Shown in pieces: positions 63,759 to 64,000 of a DNA stretch of 64,000 bases. Within the stretch, counting starts at the first letter, position 1. The number at the start of each line of letters is the position of its first letter. The notes beneath the pieces are model-generated. The model was not told the origin of the DNA and did no database searches. It saw only the letters and a program-made list of their open reading frames with translations. The stretch comes from Haliotis cracherodii (taxonomy: Eukaryota), in assembly GCF_022045235.1 (NCBI RefSeq), contig NW_027266275.1, positions 38,316,001-38,380,000 on the forward strand, written 5' to 3'. The position numbers and the translations under genes were made by a program.

Positions 63759-64000
63759 GTAAGTACGGCTGGGACAAGTCCAAAGTTACTACACGGGTAC
63801 CCAACCCCCTCTAACTGACCCTACCTGGGTACCTGCTGTAGAACTCCAGTGTAAACATATAAACAGCAAGGATGGTTCTCAATGGTTATTCATCAAACAG
63901 TTAATGCATGAAAATTATCATTAATCATAAATAACATTTTAAATGTATATAGTAATGACTGCAACTAAATAACACGATATTGGAATATATTATTCCCGAT

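Overview
Eukaryotic (animal) genomic DNA. The SINE/MITE content and the intron-rich gene point to a mollusc, possibly an abalone-like gastropod (inference). There are three zones. (1) 1-~29,380: a head-to-tail array of 8 near-identical ~3.3-kb units that probably continues left of the window. Unit 4 carries a 3.17-kb non-autonomous piggyBac-like insertion. Each unit holds a minus-strand 3-exon gene model I built by hand: canonical GT-AG sites, matching phases, and AATAAA plus a GU-rich element in the neighbouring unit. It would encode a 124-aa protein I do not recognise, with an acidic tract and an amphipathic basic C-terminus. This is the best candidate for something undescribed. (2) ~29.4-41 kb: a transposon stack of SINEs, a pogo/Tc1-type MITE, a 5'-truncated LINE, a decayed Ty3/Gypsy with its 3' LTR, and two divergent Tc1 DD34E elements, one with an open transposase ORF. 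(3) 42,040 to the end: the first six coding exons of mitochondrial 4-aminobutyrate aminotransferase (ABAT). Its introns contain local duplications, MITEs, SINEs, a 34-bp-arm perfect hairpin, and a 3.5-kb 34-bp minisatellite with higher-order structure.
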